IMG/VR virus record: IMGVR_UViG_3300009159_000086
Coordinates: 1-55,442 of that record
Strand: one strand, 5' to 3'
Length of the DNA: 55,442 bases
DNA from: a virus
Lineage: Duplodnaviria > Caudoviricetes
Part shown: positions 35,298-43,918 of the stretch, in pieces
Position numbering within the stretch: the stretch's first letter is position 1
Layout of the letters: each line of letters begins with the position of its first letter
The notes under the pieces: model-generated
Told to the model about the DNA's origin: nothing
What the model saw: only the letters and a program-made list of their open reading frames with translations
Databases searched by the model: none
Program-made: the position numbers and the translations under genes

Positions 35298-36112
35298 CAT
35301 TTAGTTTCGACAGAGCACTTATTATGACGACGGGGATAGCACTCTCCGTCGTAGCTGCTTGGTATTCTGTCACAGGACTAACATCCATATTTGCTGGTGC
35401 TTTCTGGGCTATCGTTATCCTTGGTGGGACGTTAGAGTTAGGTAAGATCGTACTTGCTTCATGGTTGTACAGGAATTGGAAATATGTTCCGTTCCTAATG
35501 AAAGCATACTTTACTAGTGCGCTTCTGGTTCTTATGCTGATAACAAGTATGGGAATCTTTGGATTTCTGTCGAAAGCTCACTTAGATCAGGTCGCACCGA
35601 GTGGTGATGTAGCCGCTAAGATAGAACGAATAGATAGTAGCATCACGCGCGAGCGCACGCGCATCACGCGAGCGGAGCAGCAACTAAAGCAATTAGATAC
35701 TGCGATTGATTCTATCATCAATAAGAATAATCGCGCTCAGACAGCTTTGCAATTGCGCAATCAACAGAAACCCGAGCGCGCAGGTATATCAGCTGAGATG
35801 AAAGATGCTCAGGCTACTATAGAAAAGCTACTTGATGAAAAAACACCATTGCTTAAGGCTACACGAACGCTGAAGAATGAGGTTGGTCCTATTCGTTACG
35901 TCGCTGAGATGCTCTACGGCGCTGATAGCGAAAAGGACTTGGAGTCGGCGATACGCATTATGATTATGCTACTCGTGCTAGTCATTGATCCGCTAGCCGT
36001 ATTGCTTATCATTGCTGCAAGTAAAAATCTACGACTCGAAGTCGATAAGCTAGACGCAGTCCAGACGAATGGTGATTTCTGGGATCCCGTCACTATTGAA
36101 AAAACGTCTTGA
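35294..36112 (+). CDS. Membrane protein with coiled coil
   Basis: 3 N-terminal TMs (ITSMGIFGFLSKAH), coiled coil, EVGPIRY, C-terminal TM (DPLAVLLII). Confidence 0.75.
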   Translation: MTFSFDRALIMTTGIALSVVAAWYSVTGLTSIFAGAFWAIVILGGTLELGKIVLASWLYRNWKYVPFLMKAYFTSALLVLMLITSMGIFGFLSKAHLDQVAPSGDVAAKIERIDSSITRERTRITRAEQQLKQLDTAIDSIINKNNRAQTALQLRNQQKPERAGISAEMKDAQATIEKLLDEKTPLLKATRTLKNEVGPIRYVAEMLYGADSEKDLESAIRIMIMLLVLVIDPLAVLLIIAASKNLRLEVDKLDAVQTNGDFWDPVTIEKTS

Positions 36113-36137
36113 CAATCATTCATAACTAGAGTATACT
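36109..36137 (+). promoter_or_regulatory. sigma70-type promoter of uvsX
   Basis: TTGACA-N17-TATACT. Confidence 0.8.
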
Positions 36138-36182
36138 ATAATCATGTTGAAAGATTGGTTCTTTTTGAGAAGAGGAAGTGAT

Positions 36183-37238
36183 ATGTCACTAAAAGATAAG
36201 TTGATTAAGAATAGTACGATCGAGTTTACGGCTACGTTAGATAACAGTAAGATCTTCACTAAGAAGGACATGATCCCAACTACTGTGCCTATGATTAACG
36301 TGGCATTATCAGGTTCTGTGGACGGTGGCATTACTCCAGGGCTAACTATGCTTGCTGGTCCTTCTAAGCATTTCAAGACTGGTTTCGCCTTGCTCTTAGC
36401 ATCAGCGTTTCTTAAGAAGTATGATGACGGCGTTATTTTGTTCTACGATTCTGAGTTCGGTACGCCTCAATCATATTTCAACACATTCGGTATCGCTTTT
36501 GATAAGGTAGTTCATACGCCTATCATGGACGTCGAAGAACTCAAGTTTGATATCATGAAGCAGTTGACTACTATCGAACGCACTGATCGTGTTATGATTA
36601 TCATCGACTCGATTGGTAATCTTGCTTCAAAGAAAGAAGTCGAAGACGCTCTCAACGAAAAGTCTGTAGCGGATATGTCTCGCGCGAAACAGCTCAAGTC
36701 GTTGTTCCGTATGGTAACTCCGTATCTCACGATGCGCGATATTCCTATGGTTGTTGTCAATCATACATATAAGGAAATCGGTCTTTATCCAAAGGATATC
36801 GTTGGAGGCGGAACTGGTTCCTATTACTCATCAGACGCTATTTGGATCCTTGGTCGTCAGCAGGATAAGGATGCTGATGGTATACAAGGTTATCATTTTG
36901 TTATTAACGTGGAGAAATCAAGATATGTCAGAGAAAAGTCAAAGATTCCAATCACCGTATCATATGAGGGCGGTATTAACCGCTGGAGTGGTTTGCTTGA
37001 TGTTGCTCTTGATGGTGGTTATATCGTAAAGCCTAAGAATGGCTGGTATGCTACTGTAGATAAAGAAACAGGCGAAGTGCATACACCTAACGTGCGTGCG
37101 GCAGATATTGTAGATAATAAAGAGTTCTGGTTGAAAATGTTTAAGGAAACCGATTTCGGTAAGTATATCAAAGATAAATATTCTATGGCACATGGAGCAA
37201 TTCTCGATGAAGAAGGAGACAATGATGACGCTGAGTGA
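36183..37238 (+). CDS. uvsX: RecA-like recombinase UvsX
   Basis: AGPSKHFKT, FYDSEFG, DSIGNLASKKE, GGGTG; alternative in-frame ATG at 36144. Confidence 0.97.
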   Translation: MSLKDKLIKNSTIEFTATLDNSKIFTKKDMIPTTVPMINVALSGSVDGGITPGLTMLAGPSKHFKTGFALLLASAFLKKYDDGVILFYDSEFGTPQSYFNTFGIAFDKVVHTPIMDVEELKFDIMKQLTTIERTDRVMIIIDSIGNLASKKEVEDALNEKSVADMSRAKQLKSLFRMVTPYLTMRDIPMVVVNHTYKEIGLYPKDIVGGGTGSYYSSDAIWILGRQQDKDADGIQGYHFVINVEKSRYVREKSKIPITVSYEGGINRWSGLLDVALDGGYIVKPKNGWYATVDKETGEVHTPNVRAADIVDNKEFWLKMFKETDFGKYIKDKYSMAHGAILDEEGDNDDAE

Positions 37239-37440
37239 GTTTTGGAGTGATGATAAGAGTAAGACTGCCACTATCATATTGGATAATGGCACATATGGCG
37301 TAGAGTTCTATGAGAACAACGAACTCATAGAGTATCGTACGTTTCCCAATAAGTCATTGCGATATGCAGAAGATGCTGCTGAGAATTTCACTCTCGGTAT
37401 CTTGAGGTTTGATCCTCGTGTGTCAGTAAGGATTGACTAA
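37222..37440 (+). CDS. Conserved hypothetical protein
   Basis: KSLRYAEDAAENF.LG; SD AAGGAG. Confidence 0.7.
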   Translation: MMTLSEFWSDDKSKTATIILDNGTYGVEFYENNELIEYRTFPNKSLRYAEDAAENFTLGILRFDPRVSVRID

Positions 37441-37784
37441 TGAAAGTCATTGACAATCCAGCTGCTCCACGCTATACTACTGTTGAGAGGTTAGATGTAC
37501 CTAATTTCATTTGTATGCGTATTGAAGAAGGTGAGTTCGAAGGCGTCGTGTTTCACTATGAAAATTTAAAGATTTCTAGTGAAGTTGAAGATAGCGATGA
37601 ACCTTGGCTTAAATTCAATTATCACGTCGTCGAGTCTTTTTGGGCTGACGGAATGTTTGATGGTAAGCTCAAGGAAAACTTCGAAGATACTGTTGCGTGT
37701 ATTCTGCAAGACATTTTAATCAAGCAAGTAGGAAAGATTGGAAATGAAGATAGAGCTGACGATTCTAAAGAATCTGGTTCATAA
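37440..37784 (+). CDS. Hypothetical protein at the gp40 position
   Basis: Between uvsX and g41; IEEGEFEGVVFHY. Confidence 0.5.
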   Translation: MKVIDNPAAPRYTTVERLDVPNFICMRIEEGEFEGVVFHYENLKISSEVEDSDEPWLKFNYHVVESFWADGMFDGKLKENFEDTVACILQDILIKQVGKIGNEDRADDSKESGS

Positions 37785-39165
37785 TGAAGACTTTGCTCGT
37801 AAGACATTACCATTTCTAAAAGAAGAGTATTTCGGTGACTCGTCTGAGCGTCAGGTGTTCAAGCGTATCAATGACTTTATGCTCAAGTATAATAATCGAC
37901 CCACTCGTGAAGCGATTGGGATTGACCTAGAGTCTAGCACTAATCTAAGCGAAGAAGAGCATAAGCGCTCAATGGAACTGGTTCGCGAGCTTGTCGAACC
38001 AGAACCTTCTGATATGACTTGGTTGCTTGAAACAACCGAGGGATTCTGTCAAGAGCGCGCAGTCTATAATGCCATCATGGATAGTATCGCTATTCTTGAT
38101 GGCAAAGATAAGAACAGAACTAAGAACTCGCTTCCAGAAATTCTTGCTGAAGCGTTGGGCGTGTCGTTCGATAGTCATGTCGGTCACGATTTCATTGAGG
38201 ATTTCGAAGAGCGATATGATTTTTATCATCGTAAGGAAGAAAAGATTCCGTTCGACCTAGAGTTGATGAATACTATCACTCGCGGTGGATTATCTCGTAA
38301 GTCACTTAATATCATTCTTGCTGGCACTGGTGCTGGTAAGACTCTGATGATGTGTCATCTTGCTGCGGCTAATCTAACGCTCGGTAAGAACGTCCTGTAT
38401 ATCACTATGGAAATGGCTGAGGAAAAGATCGCTGAGCGTATCGACGCTAATCTGTTGAATGTGCCTCTTGATGATCTTGGTCATCTTCCGAAAGATATGT
38501 ACGATAGTAAGATTGCTCGTGTCAAGTCGAAGACTGAAGGCAAGCTTATCATCAAGGAATATCCTACTGCGTCCGCGCACGTAGGTCACTTTCGTCACCT
38601 CCTGAACGAGCTTAATCTAAAGCGAAGCTTCGTACCCGACATTATTTACATCGACTATCTCAATATCTGCTGCTCTTCTCGAATCAAGACAGGTTCTAAC
38701 GTAAACAGCTATACCTATATCAAGGCTATTGCGGAAGAACTGCGCGGACTTGCTGTCGAAAAGAACGTTCCTATCGTGTCTGCTACTCAAACAACTAGAA
38801 CTGGCTATTCATCAAGCGATCCTGGTCTCGAGGATACTTCCGAGTCTTTTGGTTTGCCTGCTACGGCTGACTTCATGATTGCTCTTGTTCGCACAGACGA
38901 ACTTGACGAAGCGGGTCAGGTCATGGTCAAGCAGCTTAAGAATCGCTACGCTGATCCTGCTATCAACAAGAAATTCGTACTAGGTATCGACAGAACCAAG
39001 ATGCGTCTATTCGACACTGAGGCGTCTGCTCAGGACGATTTGATTGACGATAATCGTGGTGGCAAAACGAAGCGCTCTGATGCTGTTATGGATAATAGCA
39101 AGTTTGGGATGGAAGATCGTGAACGCAGTAAGCCTAAAGCTAAATTCGGAAACTTCAAGTTTTAA
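37744..39165 (+). CDS. g41: Replicative helicase gp41
   Basis: AGTGAGKT, YITMEMAEE.IAERIDAN, IDYLNIC, SATQTTR, SESFGLPATAD. Confidence 0.98.
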   Translation: MKIELTILKNLVHNEDFARKTLPFLKEEYFGDSSERQVFKRINDFMLKYNNRPTREAIGIDLESSTNLSEEEHKRSMELVRELVEPEPSDMTWLLETTEGFCQERAVYNAIMDSIAILDGKDKNRTKNSLPEILAEALGVSFDSHVGHDFIEDFEERYDFYHRKEEKIPFDLELMNTITRGGLSRKSLNIILAGTGAGKTLMMCHLAAANLTLGKNVLYITMEMAEEKIAERIDANLLNVPLDDLGHLPKDMYDSKIARVKSKTEGKLIIKEYPTASAHVGHFRHLLNELNLKRSFVPDIIYIDYLNICCSSRIKTGSNVNSYTYIKAIAEELRGLAVEKNVPIVSATQTTRTGYSSSDPGLEDTSESFGLPATADFMIALVRTDELDEAGQVMVKQLKNRYADPAINKKFVLGIDRTKMRLFDTEASAQDDLIDDNRGGKTKRSDAVMDNSKFGMEDRERSKPKAKFGNFKF

Positions 39166-39185
39166 ACGGCTAAATAATTTCGGTC

Positions 39186-39214
39186 TTGACGAACATGACC
39201 AAATAAAGTATTAT
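39186..39214 (+). promoter_or_regulatory. sigma70-type promoter
   Basis: TTGACG-N17-TATTAT. Confidence 0.55.
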
Positions 39215-39241
39215 AGTCCAATAAGCAAGAAGGGAAACAAA

Positions 39242-39772
39242 ATGACCCCAGGAGCTTTGGAGTACGCAAATAATAAAGCCAAAATCAGTATTACAGGCGG
39301 CAATAAACATAAACGTAAAATCGTCAAAAATGCTGCACGATGGATGCTAGGATATACTCTAGGCCCTCGATTGGCTAATAATATAACACTTAAGATTAAT
39401 ATCACAGAAAAACTTAAAGATTCAAATGTGTATGGTTCTGTGATATGGGATGACGATAATCATCGCCCGCGCGAGTACGACATGGAACTGTGTAATTATC
39501 TAAAAGATAGCATACTATATAGAATACTTGCTCATGAGATCGTTCATATAAGACAATATGCTACTGGTGATCTAAAAGACCTAGCTACCCATGCTAACTA
39601 TTGTAAGTGGAAAAACACTATGGTTCAGTCGGAAGGTCGGGGAAGCGGTTCGTATTTTGATTTACCTTGGGAAATTGAAGCTCGTAAGCAACAAGGTATT
39701 ATTCTAGGTGATTGGAAACGAGCATACGGATATCGTTTTCGACAAAAGACAGGAGAATTATATAATGAATGA
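39242..39772 (+). CDS. Zincin-like metallopeptidase
   Basis: LAHEIVHIRQY and LPWEIEAR. Confidence 0.7.
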   Translation: MTPGALEYANNKAKISITGGNKHKRKIVKNAARWMLGYTLGPRLANNITLKINITEKLKDSNVYGSVIWDDDNHRPREYDMELCNYLKDSILYRILAHEIVHIRQYATGDLKDLATHANYCKWKNTMVQSEGRGSGSYFDLPWEIEARKQQGIILGDWKRAYGYRFRQKTGELYNE

Positions 39773-39989
39773 TCTTACTATCTATAGTACTCCAGGATGC
39801 CCTTGGTGTGAAAAGGCTAAAGATATTTGCGAAGAAAATGGTGTGACTTTCACTGAAATCGTAGTCGGTAAAGATATCGAACGCGACGAGTTTTTTAAGC
39901 AATTTCCTAACGTGAAAACTGCTCCTTTTATTATGAGCAAAGATAAAGCTATTGGTGGATATACTGAACTGTTAAGTCGCTATTCATGA
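39765..39989 (+). CDS. Glutaredoxin (NrdH/NrdC-like)
   Basis: IYSTPGCPWC.KAK, TAP, IGGY. Confidence 0.9.
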   Translation: MNDLTIYSTPGCPWCEKAKDICEENGVTFTEIVVGKDIERDEFFKQFPNVKTAPFIMSKDKAIGGYTELLSRYS

Positions 39990-40693
39990 ACAGCACAATT
40001 ATAATTGATAATTTTTTCCCTGATCCTATGGCTGTGCGTGAATTGGCTCTTGCTCAAAACTACACACACAATGGATATGCTACTGCACTAAGAACAGATC
40101 CATTAAATAAAACGGAACCAGCATTTTTCCAACAGTTCACAAAAAGTTTAGTCACCAAGATAACCGACTTAACAGATTGTCAATTAGAAATCGAATTAGG
40201 TTTTCAATACTCGCCAGAATATTACAACATAGGAGTTCCATCGTCCCATATCCATACGGACAATGGACCTTCCTGTGAATTCACTGTTATGGTTTATCTA
40301 AACCCAGATTCGTTTGGAAAAGGATATTTCGGTACTGCATTTTATGAACTCGACGAAATCAAAATGAATAGCTATGCCCATTTCATGGAAACAAAATTCC
40401 ATGAAATGATGGAAGGTAAACGAATTTACTGTTCCGAAGCTCACAGACTTAACGCTGAGGAAAAAGAAAATGTAGTATCTCTTATCAAAGAACACGATTC
40501 GCATTTCAGGCTCGTAGATTACGTTTCTAACGTATTCAATCGTTGTCTGATATTTCCGGCAAATAGACTACATGACGCAGTAGGCTATTTTGGCAAAACG
40601 TTGCAAGATTCGCGACTAGTTCTTATTGGTTTCGCGAAATTGCATTCAAAGGAGACTTATCGTTTTCTTACAGAAAAGCGATATACTAAATAA
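39986..40693 (+). CDS. 2OG-Fe(II) oxygenase-like protein
   Basis: IIIDNFF..P..VR, IHTD, VYLN, GTAFY, FNR, H, SRL (HxD...H...R). Confidence 0.75.
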   Translation: MNSTIIIDNFFPDPMAVRELALAQNYTHNGYATALRTDPLNKTEPAFFQQFTKSLVTKITDLTDCQLEIELGFQYSPEYYNIGVPSSHIHTDNGPSCEFTVMVYLNPDSFGKGYFGTAFYELDEIKMNSYAHFMETKFHEMMEGKRIYCSEAHRLNAEEKENVVSLIKEHDSHFRLVDYVSNVFNRCLIFPANRLHDAVGYFGKTLQDSRLVLIGFAKLHSKETYRFLTEKRYTK

Positions 40694-40696
40694 AAA

Positions 40697-41131
40697 ATGC
40701 TCAAAATTATAGCTGTTTTGGGTGTCAGTTTGCTTATTGGCGGCTGCGCCCCTACTATAATCGAAAGTCCAAAGCTCGCTAAGGCAAGCTGGTATCAAAT
40801 GGGTACAAGAACTGCGTCAGGAGAGCGCTATAACCCAGACGGACTTACGGTTGCACATAAAACATATCCTTTCGGTACTCTCCTAAAACTAACAAATCCC
40901 GAAAATAACAAAACCGTTATCGCGCGAGTGAATGATAGAGGTCCGTTCGCACACGGACGCGAATTAGACGCTTCGCGCGGTACTGCAAAAGAACTAGGGT
41001 TCATTAATAAAGGTGTAACAAATCTTCAGGTTGAGGTACTTTTAAATAAAGATTACGCCATTTATGCTATGACTAAACCCAATGATCCATGGGTCAAGAC
41101 TGCCCTATTACAGAATCGGGCTCATGACTAA
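40697..41131 (+). CDS. rlpA: RlpA-like (DPBB) lytic transglycosylase lipoprotein
   Basis: Lipobox LIGGC; ASWY, TASGE, AHKTYPFGT, VNDRGPF, LDAS; ACTAAATA at 40685-40692. Confidence 0.88.
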   Translation: MLKIIAVLGVSLLIGGCAPTIIESPKLAKASWYQMGTRTASGERYNPDGLTVAHKTYPFGTLLKLTNPENNKTVIARVNDRGPFAHGRELDASRGTAKELGFINKGVTNLQVEVLLNKDYAIYAMTKPNDPWVKTALLQNRAHD

Positions 41132-41156
41132 GGAGGTGCTTTTTTGTCATGAGTCA

Positions 41157-41186
41157 GGGAGGAGCAATAACGCTCCTCCCTTTTTT
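41157..41186 (+). terminator. Rho-independent terminator
   Basis: GGGAGGAGC-AATAAC-GCTCCTCCC then TTTTTT. Confidence 0.9.
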
Positions 41187-41190
41187 GTTT

Positions 41191-41198
41191 TATAAATA
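41191..41198 (+). promoter_or_regulatory. Late promoter TATAAATA
   Basis: Exact consensus ending 6 nt before ATG 41204. Confidence 0.8.
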
Positions 41199-41203
41199 TA
41201 TCT

Positions 41204-42604
41204 ATGGCAAATCCTATCAGAATGGCAAGCGGACTGACTTCATGCTATAAGTATGTCACTTATGCAATAGAAGTACTTAAAAAAGACGCACCTATCGCAT
41301 TCATTAATCAAAAGACTGGCGGTGGGGATCCCGTCATGCTTAATCCTACAAAAAAATCACGCGATCATGCTATTAATGTTCTTAAGACTTTTATCGAAGG
41401 TAATAAGCTACGAGCTGACATAACAGATCTAGCAGCATATAAAAATGCTGTCGATTCGATAGAATTAGATACTTCAAAAGAAGCTGACAAATGGTTCCCT
41501 GTTGGCTCTATCATGAAGAGCAGCGAAAAAGTTCCTTTCGGATATCTTGCCGAAGTTCTACTTCAGGCTGCTATTGTTGCTAGATTTGTGGAAGGTAGAA
41601 CTGGAACTAGTATCACTCCTACTCATGTAGCCAAATATCTTAAACAGTTTCTAACAGATAAATCAGATTCTGGTGCATATACTGCGGTTAAAGGTCCAAC
41701 AGATACTAAGAAATCTATAGCCAAAGCGTTTAAGTTTACTGTTCCAAACAAAAAAACTTCTGTGGGTGTAGACACAGTTTATGTATTCTACGTTCTTAAT
41801 GGATCGGCTTTTACATATCTTAATGCTAGAAAATCTGTTCTTGCTTCTAGCACCGACTTAGCACCATATATCGCAGACGCATGTAGATATGTTAACTCTG
41901 GAGCATGTAAAGAACATGCTGAATATTTTTACAACAACGGTCGTAGAGATCGTATAGACATCGTATCGACCAGCATTTCTGGTCAGGATAAAAAAAATCC
42001 TTCGAAAGCTGACATCGTGACTGCATACTATGAAGGTTGGTCTGGTAACGACTCTAGTCCAGGCAAACCAATCGCAATGAAACTTAATCTTTCTGTTAAG
42101 ATTAATCACATTACTCAGGTTGGTCAGGCTTCTGGTCTTCATTCTGAAGCTATGAAAACGTTCGCGAGCGCAGTTGGAATGACATTATCGACAACAACTA
42201 TCAACAAGATTAACAAAATTAATCTAGAACCAATCACGCCACAATCACAAACAGAAGTATATAAGTTGGTTTACAACGAAATGTCAAAAGCTAGTGATAT
42301 CGATAAACTCATAAATGGTATTAGCTATTTCATCTCATTCAACGATAAAACTATCAATGTCGTAGACATTGGTGCTGGACTTAAAGTATATTTCGTTGAA
42401 AACTTACAGATGCTCAAGCGTCAGTTCAAAGGTAAAAAAATGTCAGCTAAGGTTCGTACGACCGGTGGTGGTAATTATGTGCTAGACGTATATCTAGGAG
42501 ATAGTCAAATACTAGAACTAAGTTCACGTAAGACTGGTGGTATTTACCGCAACTTCGTAAATACGGGTGATGCATTAAGAAACATACTAAGCAAACCATT
42601 ATGA
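41204..42604 (+). CDS. Hypothetical late protein, possible PD-(D/E)xK-like nuclease
   Basis: 466 aa basic; GYLAE...KADI...NLSVK spacing resembles E...D...SxK. Confidence 0.45.
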   Translation: MANPIRMASGLTSCYKYVTYAIEVLKKDAPIAFINQKTGGGDPVMLNPTKKSRDHAINVLKTFIEGNKLRADITDLAAYKNAVDSIELDTSKEADKWFPVGSIMKSSEKVPFGYLAEVLLQAAIVARFVEGRTGTSITPTHVAKYLKQFLTDKSDSGAYTAVKGPTDTKKSIAKAFKFTVPNKKTSVGVDTVYVFYVLNGSAFTYLNARKSVLASSTDLAPYIADACRYVNSGACKEHAEYFYNNGRRDRIDIVSTSISGQDKKNPSKADIVTAYYEGWSGNDSSPGKPIAMKLNLSVKINHITQVGQASGLHSEAMKTFASAVGMTLSTTTINKINKINLEPITPQSQTEVYKLVYNEMSKASDIDKLINGISYFISFNDKTINVVDIGAGLKVYFVENLQMLKRQFKGKKMSAKVRTTGGGNYVLDVYLGDSQILELSSRKTGGIYRNFVNTGDALRNILSKPL

Positions 42605-42654
42605 CCCCTTCGTAACACTCATATTATATCATGTTACTTTTGTGTCGTCAAGAC
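42600..42654 (-). promoter_or_regulatory. Antisense sigma70-type promoter element, copy 2
   Basis: Minus strand TTGACG(42651-42646)-N17-TATAAT(42628-42623); near-identical to 11461-11515. Confidence 0.75.
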
Positions 42655-42659
42655 GTTTT

Positions 42660-42667
42660 TATAAATA
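42660..42667 (+). promoter_or_regulatory. Late promoter TATAAATA
   Basis: Exact consensus. Confidence 0.8.
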
Positions 42668-42673
42668 GATAAC

Positions 42674-42726
42674 GCAGAAAGCTAAGGCAGTCCTGCATGT
42701 ATGCGGTTAGGGTACGCCAGTCCCGC
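42674..42726 (+). promoter_or_regulatory. Tandem structured RNA motif in 5' UTR
   Basis: Two hairpins of the same architecture with compensatory changes and shared AGTC internal-loop strand. Confidence 0.55.
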
Positions 42727-42736
42727 TAGGAGTGTG

Positions 42737-43918
42737 ATGAAAGGTTTTAAAAGTTTCGTAGTGGAAACTGCGTTTTCTGCTGAAGAAGACAAGTCCCACT
42801 ACACACATATCGAAGATGAGCTGTATGTTTCAGGCGCTCGTTCTTTCGATAAGATCAATGGTTTTTTTCATGACCTTATCAAAGGCATTCCAGAAACTGT
42901 AAATCAGACTAAGATCGACGGTGCTCCTAGCGTATTCTATGGCTACAACAATGGTAAGTTTTTCGTAGCCACTAAGTCTATCTTCAACAAAGACCCTAAG
43001 ATCAACTACACAGTTGCTGACATCGAAGCTAATCATGGTCATGCGCCTGGGCTCGTAGCTAAACTAAAGCTCGCCCTAGAATATTTTCCCTCAATCACAA
43101 ACAATCGTAACGAAATCTTGCAAGGCGATATGATGTTCGCTAAGTCCGATTTGCGTAAGGTTAAGATTGACGGCGTGCTCCATTGGTTGTTCAAGCCTAA
43201 CACAGTAACAAATGCTGTTCCAGTCGATTCCGACTTGGGTAAGCTTATCGGTCGTGCTACTGTTGGTTTCGCGCCTCACACCAAGTACAATGCAGCTGGC
43301 AGCCGCGTGACCATACAGGCTCGCGATATCAAGAAGAACGCTCAGGTATTCATTATGCCTATCGACGCTCCTATGCTAAGTGGGGTGGGTCATATCCAGG
43401 GATATATCGACGAAATCTCAACTATGCTTTCATCACTTCCTAAGGATGGGCTTGCGTATGTTTCTTCACCGGAAATGAGCAAGTGGTTCCTACAGTATGC
43501 TAACGATGTCATTCGTAACAATACTAATCAGACCTACAACGGATTCGTCAAGTTTATGAATGATAAGTTGCAGAAAGAAGTAGATAAGGTAAAGAGCGAT
43601 AAGGCTAAAGCTGCCAAGCAACAGACGCTCGATGAAACGATTGCTAGTATCAAGCAGAACGCTAGTGGAATTGCTGCTGTGTTCGAAGCTCATACTGAAA
43701 TCGCTGACATGAAAGATAAGATTATTGACGAGCTTGATAAGTATCAACCAATTCGTAGATATTTCGAAAACGAGTTCGGTGGTCTTGTAAGAACGAATCC
43801 TGAGGGGTATGTGTTACTTGGAAAACACGGTACAGCTAAATTAGTCAAGCGTCGCGTGTTCAGTGCGCAGAATTTTGCTGCTGGTGCATACAGAAAAGCA
43901 GGAGCGAAAGATGAATAA
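42737..43918 (+). CDS. Ligase/capping-enzyme-like nucleotidyltransferase (DUF6267-like)
   Basis: KIDG (motif I), ILQGD (III), PEGYVL (IV), KLVK (V); N-terminus MKGFKSFVVE; SD AGGAG. Confidence 0.6.
   Translation: MKGFKSFVVETAFSAEEDKSHYTHIEDELYVSGARSFDKINGFFHDLIKGIPETVNQTKIDGAPSVFYGYNNGKFFVATKSIFNKDPKINYTVADIEANHGHAPGLVAKLKLALEYFPSITNNRNEILQGDMMFAKSDLRKVKIDGVLHWLFKPNTVTNAVPVDSDLGKLIGRATVGFAPHTKYNAAGSRVTIQARDIKKNAQVFIMPIDAPMLSGVGHIQGYIDEISTMLSSLPKDGLAYVSSPEMSKWFLQYANDVIRNNTNQTYNGFVKFMNDKLQKEVDKVKSDKAKAAKQQTLDETIASIKQNASGIAAVFEAHTEIADMKDKIIDELDKYQPIRRYFENEFGGLVRTNPEGYVLLGKHGTAKLVKRRVFSAQNFAAGAYRKAGAKDE

Noticed and set aside
32313-39165. Introns or inteins in g43, uvsX, g41 (also uvsW, g46, g61, nrdJ)
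   Set aside because: ORFs are continuous, of normal length, and show no splice-junction motifs.
39044-39241. Long N-terminal extensions given by the ORF track (also 17517, 42701, 43863, 51358)
   Set aside because: They overlap upstream genes or regulatory elements; downstream ATGs with SD or promoter support are better starts.
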